Notes under the pieces: generated by a model
Database searches by the model: none
The model's input: only the letters and a program-made list of their open reading frames with translations
What the model was told of the DNA's origin: nothing
Source of the DNA: Guillardia theta CCMP2712
Lineage: Eukaryota > Protista > Cryptophyta
NCBI RefSeq assembly: GCF_000315625.1
Contig: NW_005434660.1
Coordinates: 420,711 to 484,710 of the forward strand
Reading direction: 5' to 3'
DNA: 64,000 bases
Part shown: piece by piece, positions 12,733 through 28,210 of the stretch
How positions within the stretch are numbered: position 1 is the stretch's first letter
How the letters are laid out: each line of letters opens with the position of its first letter
Position numbers and translations under genes: made by a program

Positions 12733-13188
12733 ATGTACCCAACTAAATTGGCCCACATTTACCCTAGAAAGAAGCAAGGCGAGATTCAACGAAAAACACA
12801 TCATGTTGCCTTCACTTTAGAAGAAATTTCAGCTCTTTTCCATCTGAAACAAACAGTTGCGGCGCAGAGAATGGTAGGCTTGTGCTTTAGCTTTTGCCTT
12901 GTGTGACGTGAATTCGTTCTGCAGGGAATATCTCTTACTGCATTTAAGAGCGCATGCCGGAGGGTGGGGCTATCAAGATGGCCATACCTAAGGAAGCACG
13001 ACTCGGTTGAAAAGATGTCCACCAGTTCCTCCTCCTCCCCTGCCTCCGTGTGCATGGTGGAGCAGGCAGAAGACATGGGCCAGACAACTTTCGACGAAGC
13101 GATTTATTGTGCCGTCGGCTCAAAGCAAGTTCCCAACCCGTCGCTGTTCAATGACGCTTTCTTACACGTAGCCGGTGAATGGTTCTAA
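12733..13188 (+). CDS. RWP-RK domain transcription factor
   Basis: Two exons (intron 12874-12924): FTLEEISALFHLKQTVAAQRM/GISLTAFKSACRRVGLSRWPYLRK is the RWP-RK signature. Confidence 0.9.
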
Positions 13189-13311
13189 ATAACCTCACAA
13201 AAGTCGTCGTTGCCCATTCTGCGAGCTATGTGCTTTTGTTGTATTATACTGTGCATTGTATGGAGCATAAACTCTTGATAAGCTTGGCGAAACCATCTAA
13301 TTTACATAAAG

Positions 13312-16300
13312 TTATCTAAATACAACCTCGTACGAATCTCCTAGCGCTTCTTGACTGATCGCGGACTCCAAAGGAGGCACTTGGACAGCAGACTGGACAT
13401 GGAACGGGAAGAATGTCGGCAGAGCTTCTCGCTTGATGAGGAGGGCTTGTAGGAGCGGCTCGCTGTCGAAATACGCATCCAACGCCCTGATCTCTGGCTG
13501 GGTTTGCATCTCATGAGAAGGCAGATCGGTTCGGGGTATATCTGACCGGGTGTGAGAAAACACCATCAAGTTCACCCAGTAGACGATTCTTTACCTGCGC
13601 GAGGGAAAAACCACGTGATTTGAGGGAAAATAACGTTCCTGAGCCTCCACCTGGTCACAAGAGACGCATCAGGACACTCGGCTACGCAAGGAAACAGCAT
13701 CGACCTCGAATAATACCTGTACCACACCGACAGCTCGCCGCTCTGCACCTTGGGCGAGAGGGGGGAAGTGACCGGGGGGGATTCGTAACGAGCATTTTTG
13801 AAAGATTTTTCAAAGTTTCTGATGTGATTCCAAATGTTGTCCGATGGGTTTGAACCACAGAGATTCTTTCCTGTCAGGGCAACTCTGAGGGCAGACACCA
13901 AGGGCGACGCCTTAGTTACCTTGCTGAGCGTTGCAAAACCTCTCCTGCTGGCAGTTGAACCGAAAGTTGCAGAACCTGAACAATCGGGGATGTCAGGGCG
14001 GGAGAAGAACAGGCTAGGAAGAAGGAAAGATCAGTGGAAGGTCAGTTAGGGAGATGCACCTTCCGATATAAACCTCGTCGGCCAGGAACTCCAACAACTT
14101 GTCGTTGAACTCAAATGCAGCTGGGAACTGGACTAGCAGTTGCCAGACAGCATCCAGGAACTGGATGAAAACAGGAGACTCTTCGCGCTTGCTCTCTTCT
14201 CTCCCATACCTCTGATCGAATTTGTGGCCGAAGGATACCCATGAGCTGTATGCCGCCGTCAGTCTCGTGCATGTTATTCATCGTCGGCATACCGCTCGAT
14301 GAGGGCGCAGAAGCCCTCTACCGTCCTTGAGCTTGCATCCAATATGATCGCAGTCAGCGACGCGATTTGAGGAGTGCGATCCCATCCGTCCGAACTGTCT
14401 CACTCCGAATCAATAACCCTACACAACAAGGCCACTTGACCCCATACATCAATTCATCATCTTCATCTTTATCATCCCTATCATCATCTCCATCATCATC
14501 ATCATTTCCATCATCATCATCATCTCCATCATCATCATCATCATCTCCATCATCATCTCCATCATCATCATCTCCATCATCATCTCCATCACCATCTCCA
14601 TCATCATCTCCATCATCATCTCCATCATCATCTCCATCATCATCATCTAACGTCACCGTCTTGAGTAACAAATACAGAGTATCGCATGAGTCATACGGAC
14701 AGACTTGTGCACAGAGAGTTTAAGTACCAGTGAAGCAAAATTGAATTCCCGGCCGCAACCTTTTCACTGCACTGATTTCACACAAGTCAACATACCTGAG
14801 ATGACTGAGAGACCTGTACCTGCTTGGCTCCTGAGATGAGAGAAGACACAGACGACATCCACACGGACGACAGGGACAGCTCCTCCTTCAAGAAATCACT
14901 CAACGCGCTCCTGACCGCATGAATGTTCTCGATCCCCAGGAAGGAGACTTCGATGTTGGAGTATCGCTCCACCCCTCCTCCCTTCGCGTAGTTGGCGTAC
15001 GCACTCATGGGAGGCCGAGCGTCAAACACCACAAGAGAATGCCGAGTCTCTCCCACTCTCGACAAACTTTCCAACAGCTTCAAGTCTTCCTTGTTCTGGC
15101 GTAAGCTCAGCCCCACCTGAACCAGACGGCCCGCCAGGTCGATGGTGTCATGCGAGCTCAGGCAAGGGAGAGAGAACAAACAGCTCTCACCTTAGGCTGG
15201 GAGGCCCTTGAGATGGATGCTCCGTTGATGTAGACAAACTCCACCACAGGGAAGCGATTCTTAGACCTGAACGCTGCTGCTCTCCCGATCTCCTCATCCG
15301 TCACAGAGGATGGGACCAGGAGTGTCCTCGGATACGACTTGCAGGTCTGATACATCCAGTTCACATGTGTCACCCTCCAATCTCCCGCGAGTGCTGCTGG
15401 GACCACAGGGATGGACGCCATGCTCGTATCGGTGATGAAGGACCATGGAGGTCTTGCAGCGATCCATTCCTCAGCCTTGCAACAAGTCAGCCAACCTCTC
15501 AAGCTCTCTGGAATTGACAGCATACGCTGATGTTTCCTTTGAGGTCTTCCGAGAAACTCGTGGCTCCACCAACACCAACCTTGAGCCCTCTGCGGCAAAG
15601 TGAGTCGCCACCTAGAGCAACAAACGTGTTCACCTGTCGTATGTCAGGAGAGCGAAGACTCGCTTCGCCGAGGCCATGTCGGGAAAGAACACAGCAACCT
15701 CCCTCAGGTCGTGACATCGTATGATCAACTTCCCCCCGACTGGGAAGAGGCACATAAGTGATATCGAGTAATTCATTGTCAGGTAGAAGGTACCTTGGAC
15801 AGTCTTCCGGGTGTGCGAAGAGCCTTGTCCATCTGAGATGCCTCCATTGATCAAGACAATGTCGTCGATCATCCCGCGGGGAATGACGTTCCAGATTCCT
15901 CCCATCCCGCCCCTGCACTCGACTTCTTCGTAGCCGGGGTAACTCGTCGGATCCGTTGGGGCTCTCCGGTAGAAGTTGAAGATCAGTCTCTGCGTCGTTA
16001 CAATGACGGATCCCGATCGTTCACTCCTCTCGCTCTTGACGAACTGAGTGCTGTAAAAAGAGTCAACGAATGTTCCGGGCCCCTTCAAACACAGATTTTA
16101 TGGGAAAGGCAAGTTCGTGGTGGTGTACTCAAGACAACAACAAGATGTAAAGTGAAGCTCTTGAACATCAAAATCAAATTTTATCCAAAGCTTCCCGTGA
16201 TGGGCTTGCAAGAGACATGCTTCGATATCTTGCTTCCTGACAGCCCTCGAGACCACAGCACAGATGGTTTCTACCGGATCCAAAGCGACTCGCAGTCACG

Positions 16301-16443
16301 GGCAAATGTCCTCACCTTCCTGGGCTAGCGACATAGGCGTGGAAGAACATTTCGAGTTCGTTCAGCGAGCATGGAGGCCCCTCGGGTCTCCCCGTCACCT
16401 CCACCTCCTCTATCTCCTCCTCCACAAGCGCATCGTCGTCCAT
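13312..16443 (-). CDS. Myotubularin-family phosphoinositide 3-phosphatase (PH-GRAM + catalytically intact PTP domain)
   Basis: YQTCKSYPRTLLVPSSVTD..AAAFRSKNRFPV; VFDARP..A.ANYAKGGG.E; IENIHAVR. Spliced active site ILLHC/SDGWDRTPQI. WVSFGHKF..R; ESPVFIQFLDAVWQLLVQFPAAFEFN. Confidence 0.93.
14447..14647. repeat. Compound (TCA/TCC)n trinucleotide microsatellite inside a myotubularin intron
   Basis: Visible directly; lies within intron 14395-14727. Confidence 0.95.
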
Positions 16444-16459
16444 TGTCTTCACAAAATAT

Positions 16460-17300
16460 TAGATGGACCCTACCCCCTATTTTGAGTGTCTCCGTACCCT
16501 ACCCTTTCTGGTTGTATTGGCCCGAATATTAGCTATTTTAATTTTATTATGGGTAGTTCTGTGTTTACTCAAAGTTAAGTTAAAAATAGTACGAGGACAA
16601 CCTTCATCAGTGTTGCCGACTGCTGTTCAGTAGCCCGGCTGGTATGATCGGATCCGGGACTCCGGGACCCGCCCGCCGCCGTACCCAGGCTTCGGAAGCT
16701 GCGACTGGGCCTGTGCGACTCGGACATGACAGAGTGTTCTGAGGGTCAAACTTGGGCCTCCTCTTTAGTTAAAAATCAGTAGTACTGCCGTAGGACTCTC
16801 ACAATGATCAGGAGAGTAGAGGAGGCTTGACCTTGACACTGTACGGCCGCACAGGCCATACGGCGGCTACAGTCGGGTACACCGACCGGGAACCGACTCT
16901 CCTGATTGTCCTAGCCTAACTTTCAGTAAAAGGAAGCCTGAAGCTCCTCAGCACGGCCGGCGGTAGGCGGCCGCAGTAGCCTGGCCTGAGGGATCCAGTG
17001 ACATGAGGGTCTGATCGGACCGGGCTCCGAGTCGGAGGTTCACCAGAGGAGCCGCCCATCCGCTTCGACCCTACTGCTATGATGATCGTCACCGTCACGC
17101 CGGCCTCACCGTGGCAGGCATCGGCAAGAGGCCGCTGAGAGTCCCAAGTTGCCAGGCGGCGAGGTCAGGCACTACTGATCGGAAGATTCCTTAGCAGTGA
17201 CGCTGCCTCGGGCCTCCAGGCTGCGAGTCTCTACTAGCTCACTGGACAGAGTCAAAGTCGAAGTTCCGGAGCTCACAAGTCGGAGCTCACAAGATAGGGA
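16460..17300. promoter_or_regulatory. Intergenic island with TACTCAAAGTTAA (16566-16578) and TTAAAAATAGTACGAGGACAA
   Basis: Non-coding, palindrome-rich, shares motifs with the other islands; ends with tandem CGGAGCTCACAAG x2 (17267-17293). Confidence 0.55.
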
Positions 17301-17362
17301 AGCACGGTGACAATGGACCCTCATCAAGCATGCGGAGTGAGAACATCAAACTGCCTGGAATC

Positions 17363-17440
17363 AATCATTGCAGCACATATAATGATTCAATCATTGCAGC
17401 ACATATAATGATTCAATCATTGCAGCACATATAATGATTC
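17363..17440. repeat. 3 x 26-bp perfect tandem repeat, each unit an inverted repeat (AATCATT-N11-AATGATT-C)
   Basis: Units start at 17363, 17389 and 17415 and are identical. Confidence 0.95.
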
Positions 17441-17942
17441 CTTCATCGAGTCGCCGGCGACTGTCGGGCGTGATTCTCCGTATGATGTAGCCTTCCAGCT
17501 GCACCCACCCGAGGTGCTAGTTCCTCATGATGGTCCAGATGAATTGAGAATGCACCAGTGACAGTGCGATCACTCTTGCTTCTTCATACACCTCACCATG
17601 CTCAACTGCCACAAGAGAACGGCATCAGAGATCGAATGTGACAAACAACGATGCTGTTTGAAGCTAAAGTGTGTAATTGAAAGCAGTTGGCACAAAATTG
17701 AGGAGGATCTCTTGAGAGGATCCTTCACTGTATGATTCCTTCCACGTGGAAACCATGAGCCAGTCTCATCGAGATGATTCTGCATTTAAAAATCACTCAG
17801 TCACATCACAGCAGACGGAATCAGAATGTTAGCTCCAGATTTAAGAAGCCAGGCAGACTCGAACTGCCTGTTACAGCACCAGCAGCTTCAGGTTTGGTGT
17901 CGAATAACACCAGTTGATAGTGTTTGTATTTGATCGAGCTGT

Positions 17943-18320
17943 TTACGAGGACGAAGTGTACTTGGTCACAGCCTTGGTTCCCTCGGACACAGCGTGCTTG
18001 GCGAGCTCTCCAGGAAGGATGAGACGCACAGCAGTCTGGATCTCGCGAGCAGACAACGTTCCCTTCTTGTTGTACCTCACAAGCTTGCCGGCCTCGTTCG
18101 AGATCTTGTCGAAGATGTCCGAGATGAACGAGTTCATGATCGACATGGCCTTGGTGGAGATACCGGTGTCAGGGTGAACCTGCTTCAACACCTTGTAGAT
18201 GTAGATGGAGTAGCTCTCGCTCCTCCTCTTCTTCTTCTTCTTCTTGTCGCCCTCAGCCTTGGGCTTCTTCTCCTTCTTGGGCTTCTTCTCCTTCTTGGGC
18301 GGCATGCCTCCGAAACCCAT
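17943..18320 (-). CDS. H2B: Histone H2B
   Basis: Intronless; [31 protein letters not shown]...[30 protein letters not shown]. Confidence 0.99.
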   Translation of the reverse strand: MGFGGMPPKKEKKPKKEKKPKAEGDKKKKKKRRSESYSIYIYKVLKQVHPDTGISTKAMSIMNSFISDIFDKISNEAGKLVRYNKKGTLSAREIQTAVRLILPGELAKHAVSEGTKAVTKYTSSS

Positions 18321-18814
18321 GCTGCTTGGTTTGTGCTGGTCGCAGCTGCCGCCTTGTAGTTAAAGGGCTCGAGCCCCCCGCCCCCTCTCCTCCCTCACCC
18401 TCGCCCCGTTGGCTCCCGCCTCCTTTTTGTATTCCAACAATGACCGTACCCCCCATTTGAAATGGTATTTGAGGGGTGAGTTGTTGATCTGTGTTCCGCC
18501 TGTGTTCGAAGTTGGAACAGGTGATGATGGACGACCAGAAGTGTATCTTCTGAGGCGAGCGTACAGACTGTGGATATAGTGCTGACGTACATGTGTGTAT
18601 GTTGTCTGCTGTCTTTTCATTTTTCTATTGTTATCTCTGAGGTTGGCCTGATACACTACTTTTCAAGGCTGTGAAACGAAATTTGCTGCGGTTGGTTGGC
18701 CATGCGGCGGATAGGGGAAGAATGTGCAACGGCCATGGTGAGAGGAAGAGAGCGAGATATAACAGGAATGGTCTAGCGTGAGAGACTTGCAAGAACAACT
18801 GGCTGTCGGAGAAC

Positions 18815-20247
18815 ATGGAGGTTTTGGAAGCCAAGGCGGAAAGCAGCGGCATCACACAGTCACTGTTGGTTCGAGTGGTAGAGTTGGAGGATGAAAACAG
18901 AAAGTTGAAGAACGAGGTGGCCATTCTTCACTCGTCCTATCAGTCAGCGCAATCAAAGAACAGATTGCTACAGGTTGCTTATACTTGATTCCTGACTCTT
19001 CTGAGGCTCTTCTCGCTTGTGTCAGGCCAAGCTGCTCGAGCTTCAGGCCAGGTTGGATTTCGCGTCGAAGATGAGGAATGGTCCTGTTTCAAGGTTCCGC
19101 TCTCCTTTTGTGACAGGAGGTAACGGAAGCCTGAGCTACCGCTTCGAGAGGTCTGCCCGTCCTGCTAACTCTGCTAACAAGCTGGCTCTGAGCGTTCCCC
19201 ATAGACCTCCCGCTACCAGCCGACCCAGCACAGCCAGATCACACGTGGAGGACAAGAACGCGATGAGGTCAAGTGCTGTAGGGCTGGCAACACCGAGGGA
19301 CAGACCCTTGAGTGGTACACCAAGGACAGAGCCCGTGACTCGGAAGGAGAAGAAGAACAAGGCTCTCCGGCCAAGCGGACAACAGGTATGCCACTAGATG
19401 TGAAGGATGTGGTTTTTTGACATGCTTGCAACAGGAAGGAGCATCGTCTAGTCATCCACTTCAGCAGAAGGTGGTTACGAGAACGTCTTGAAGACTGCAA
19501 GAACGTCACTTTCATGCCAGCTTTCTGACTTGTTGTTGGCTTCAGAGGAGGAGGAGTCGAACCATGGATGGTTTGAAGATATTGGAGGACGACATCAGGA
19601 GCGGGAGCTTCACGAGGTCGTCGACCATAACGATAGAAGTCGCTTACTTTGCTCAGTCATCTCCGGTATGGCACGTGCTCTCAAGCACGTCCACGTGACC
19701 TCGGCGTGCAGGTTGGCAAGGCCGTCGATGTAGACCAGCAAGAGCTCTTCGCCGAGCATGTCGAGCAAATCCGCGGAGCTGTGGAGATTGCGCTGAAAGG
19801 ATGGGACGTGCAAGTTATCGTCAACGATGGGAAGGTGATGGTGCAGAGAGGCCGCGAAGGACGATGGGGCAGCTGACGGATGGAGCAGGAGGCGGGGTCC
19901 GAGGGGTCAAGTCGCAAGCTCGATGCCGGTTGTTTCGAGCTCTGGCTCAAGTGGCAATGCCCGGTCCTTCGCTCTGTGCTGCTCTACAGGAGAGGCAACT
20001 CTTCGGATGCCATGCCCGACATCTTCACGCTCTTCTCCGAGATCCTGCAGGTGGGATGCGAGTTGCAGGCAAGTTGAGGTGAGATGCTTCTTAGGTGTTG
20101 GAGACTCCGTTGGAGGAATGCGCTGAGCAGCCAGACGAGGGAGAGGAGAGGAAGGAGAAGGGGAAGGAGAAGGAGGCAGACAAAGCGGAGGACAACGAGG
20201 GGGGGAACGTGAATGCGGATGGCGAGCTCAAGTCGCAGGATCTCTGA
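18815..20247 (+). CDS. Hypothetical protein with N-terminal coiled coil
   Basis: MEVLEAK...RVVELEDENRKLKNEVAIL.../AKLLELQARL; consistent GT-AG splicing; probable stop 20245-20247. Confidence 0.55.
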
Positions 20248-20316
20248 CATCTTTGACACCCATGTCTCAAGGTTTCATTATAATGTCAAAACATATACAT
20301 CAACAAGGGCGCCACG

Positions 20317-24589
<4,273 letters not shown>

Positions 24590-24645
24590 CGCAAGCCCGA
24601 TTTTTCTTTATTTAAATTACTCAAGTGGAAAAGACAAACAAGAGG

Positions 24646-24732
24646 GGAGGTAGCGAGGGCAGCAAACTTTGGGAGTCTGTTCACGAAGGAGCTAGTGAGG
24701 GGCAGCAAACTTCAGTGGGAGTCTGTTCACGA
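24646..24732. repeat. Imperfect tandem duplication (about 42 bp) in a ~310-bp bidirectional promoter
   Basis: GGGCAGCAAACTT(cag)TGGGAGTCTGTTCACGA occurs twice between ATG 24589(-) and ATG 24898(+). Confidence 0.85.
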
Positions 24733-24897
24733 TGCCGGGCGGCCCGACTGTGAGCGACAAGCGGTCGAAGGGGGGGGACGATGCGAGGAAGGGGCCCTCC
24801 AAGGGATGCAGATACCAGCTCGACCCTCTCCCCCTTGCCGCCGCTTCTCTGACGACTAGATGAAAACGCAGAGAGGTTGAGAGTCAAGTGGGACAAG

Positions 24898-27800
24898 ATG
24901 GTTGACTCTCCTCCCTATCGGTTCGCTCATAGGCAGCAGTCTTCCGTCTCCTCCATGATGTCGCCGTCGAATCGCAAGATGTCCAAGAGGATGTCTCTGC
25001 TCAGCGAGCACTCCTCCACGGGCCCGCACTCCTTCTCCCGCAAGATCTCAAACGTGAGCAGCAACGAGCCATCGCTCGATCGCTCGCTCTCGAAGCTGTC
25101 CATCCTCTCGCGCGAGTTCATTGAGAGTCTGGCGATCCCGCAGCTCAAGAATCACCTCCGCTCATCGGGGGTATCGGAGGCTGAGATAGCAGCCTGCATA
25201 GAGCGATCGCAGCTTATAGACCTGTTGAACGAGCAGAACGATATAGAGTTCTGGGCTGTCCGGAAGATACAAGCAGCATGGAGGGCCAAACTCGATGCAA
25301 GGAGGGCTAATAAAGTTCGAGAGAAGCTGATCAAAGAAGGAATCCTCCAAGAGTTGCAGAGACCTGGTCGAAACAAGGTAGAGTCGTCGCTACTGGATAT
25401 CTTCTCCATGTTTTCCGTACAAGAGATCGAATTTTATCGCGAAGTATTCGACGAGTGCGACAAGGAAGGCATTGGTGAACTACTCCCTGAGTCTGTAGAA
25501 ACGCTGTTCCAAGATCGCGATACAGATCTGCAAATTCAAAAACTGCGGAAAAGCATCAAGAAAGAACAGAGAGATGGGAAAATAAGCTTCAACGCCTTCC
25601 TGACGATCATCCAGATGGACCCGAGGTTGCGCAGGATTTTAGCACAGCACGCGATTCATCTCCTACCCAAGGTGAAGATAAATCAGCTACACAAGATGTT
25701 CGATGTCTTAGACGAAGACGGAAATGGTACGATAGACATGTCAGAGCTTTCGCACGTCATCGAATCTCTGGGCAGAAAACACTCTGTAGAAGAAATACGC
25801 GCGCTGCTCAAAGAGATCGGCAAACAAGGTGACGACATGGTGGTCACGTTTGAGGAGTTTGTTTCGATCATGAGCTCCCCTAATCTTCGGCTTGCAAAAG
25901 TGTTTGAAGCTCGCATGGAGAGCCTCCAATATGAGCTGAGAACCAACGTCGAGCGACTGAGGTCATGGCGTCAGTTTTCTGCCGAAATCAACCCAAGTAT
26001 GAGGCCAGCCCGGCTCAACGACTCGTCGAGGCTGTTCCGAATGCGAGCGGGTTGCGTCCCGACGAGAACCATCTATGTCGAGAAGTCCTTCTTCGAGACG
26101 AGGATGGGCGAGAGCGCCTCCGACGTGCTCAAGGTCGAGAGAAAGGTACGCTGATAGCGCGCTGTGCTCAAGGAGCTGGCATGGCAGATGACCTGCGTCT
26201 CGGGCAGGTGAAATGCAGGGAAGTCCAGGTGTTGCTGGTGACTTCCTTGACGTATCCGGATCTATGGATCCTTCCAGCAGGTTGGCAGCACATCCCTCGG
26301 TCTGAAAGCGGCGGAGTGAACTTCGATGGTACCTCCTCTCCCTCTCCCTCTCCTCCTCTCATGACCCCCTCTAGATGTTCAGAGCCCCGAGGATGCTGCC
26401 AAGATGCACGGGGCAGAGGAAGCAGGGGTGGTCGGGACAGTCTCCAAGTACTTGGGAGGAATCAAAGACTTCTGGAAACCGAACTTCACGAGATGGTACC
26501 TGCTAGAAGACTGCAAGACTGAGAACGAGAATCGACAGCCGCTGGATGTTTGGCGAGAGAAAGAGTTGAGAAAGAGGTGTAATCTTTCGTCGCCCTCACG
26601 ATTTCTTGTTCTCGCCGTTTACAGAATGACAGGAAATGGTTTCCTTTGATTACCGAGGAGCTAAGACAGGACGGGGAACCTCCTCCAAGAGGACATTTAG
26701 GCACCAAGTTCGAGGTTGTTCTCACTTGAAGAAAATCAATCTCTTCGTTGAGAAAGTGCGAAACAGAAAGTCGGATCTGCTGCTGAGTTTTTGTTGTGGC
26801 GAAGATCGTTGTATCAAGTCTTCAACATTGGTGATAATGTTTCAGAACTGATCTGCTTTTGCTCAGGCGCTTATGATGTTTGTCGATGGAGGCGTTTCCA
26901 GTCAATCGCCGAGCATTCTTCATCTCTACTCTCATTGGAGCAGTGAGTGCGACGCGTTGGTATTCGTGGGTTGTGTAACGTCAATGTCAGAGTCTTTGCG
27001 TGGAAGCCCTACAAAGGCTGCTCGTTCTTGGTTTTGCCTGGATGCAGCATCCAACAGTCTAGTATTGGGAGTGGAGGTATCTACTCGACCAAGGGTACCT
27101 GTGAGGTGACTCTTGTCTTCAAGGCTAGCTTCAACAACGACCCACGGCCTCTTGTTTCTTCCGGTCCCTTCGACGAGCTGGCTCTGCATGAAGCCTTCAC
27201 TCTCTTCATATCCGACCAGGTTTGAAGGCGACTTCATGTGTCGATGCTGATTATTTGAATCTTAATCGTCAGCCATACACAAACGATCAGTCTCCTAGCA
27301 AGCTGTTGAAGGTAACGACGTGAGCGCACACGATGCATCTGAAAGGTTCTGGAAGATTGTTGTGGGTCCTTATAGCCACCACCGCGTCGAGCTCGTCGAA
27401 GGAACAAATGTTGTGAAGGTAACATGGATCGTTTGCTTTTGTGCTTCTTATTTTGCAAAATCAGAAAACTTCCTTAGATCATCAAATGATGTCAAAGAAT
27501 CGATGGTATCGAGAGCTCAGAAAGAGTGATCAGAAGAAGCTTCTCGCACACATCTTGTATTCATCTCTCAGTTTGTTATCAACAAGTTGATCATTCTTCT
27601 GTGTGAAGGTATCTGAAATCTGCGGTCAGTTTTGACAAGACCAAGTACTTTGTTGCGAATTTCCTTTGAGTTTTGTATGACTTGGACAAGGTGGATAGCC
27701 ACACTTGTGTTGCCAAAAGATTTCTTTCCTTTTGGTAGCAATTGCTTCGTCGCGGGGTTTTTGTCCTTTGGAACTGGAATGAACAGACAAGTAATCACCG

Positions 27801-28204
27801 CATGGAATGTAAGCAAAACCATCTTCTCGCTGACAATACGTAGCATATTGCTGCATATCCTATCGGCTCTCACTCGGCGGATGATCCCCCTGGTAATTTT
27901 TCATACAACATTTAAGAATTCCGCTTGACAACCAAATCAGCAGAGATTTCGTACGGGATGATGTCAAAGATTGAGATGAAGTCACTGCTGTCACTGGTCT
28001 TCTTCCCTCACCTTTCTGTATGACAGGGAAGTTCAGATTCCTTCTTTGCCTCACCTCAACAACTTTACAATGGACGAGGGTATGGATCGTGTGATCTTCG
28101 CTTCTTGTTTGAGGACTCTTATCAAAGATTCTCTTGTGGCTTTCGGCGCAAAGACCGTTGCGAATGAGCGTGCAAAACTTTATGAGACAAGCGGCAGAGA
28201 TTGA
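24898..28204 (+). CDS. IQ + EF-hand protein fused to a DIPP/Aps1-like Nudix domain, with a probable uncharacterised C-terminal region
   Basis: SAP/ARMET-like LKNHL..GV....CIERSQLIDL; IQ AVRKIQAAWR; EF-hands DECDKEGIGEL and DEDGNGTIDMSE; Nudix RAGCVP...VLLVTS...WILPAG...AAKMHGAEEAGVVG...W.E...RKR/KWF. Plus-strand splice sites continue to a stop at 28204; the part after about 26730 is less certain. Confidence 0.72.
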
Positions 28205-28210
28205 TTCTTG

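Noticed and set aside
14354-14723. Poly-Asp, poly-Ser and poly-Met ORFs
   Set aside because: Translations of an intronic trinucleotide microsatellite in the myotubularin gene.
11245-17300. Autonomous transposon in the GC-rich islands
   Set aside because: No transposase or reverse transcriptase ORF, and no clear terminal inverted repeats or target-site duplications found by eye.
17363-17440. CRISPR-like palindromic repeats
   Set aside because: Units are contiguous with no unique spacers, no cas genes are present, and the context is eukaryotic.
17880-18800. Histone cluster or canonical histone 3' stem-loop
   Set aside because: No H2A/H3/H4 nearby and no recognisable metazoan-type stem-loop after the H2B stop.
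19700-20050. Rdx/selenoprotein-like domain (GCFELW...MPD)
   Set aside because: Only a faint resemblance; no CxxC/CxxU motif or in-frame TGA evidence.
26932-28054. Minus-strand gene continuing the ankyrin protein
   Set aside because: The ankyrin frame stops at 28211; good donor and acceptor sites in this interval are on the plus strand.
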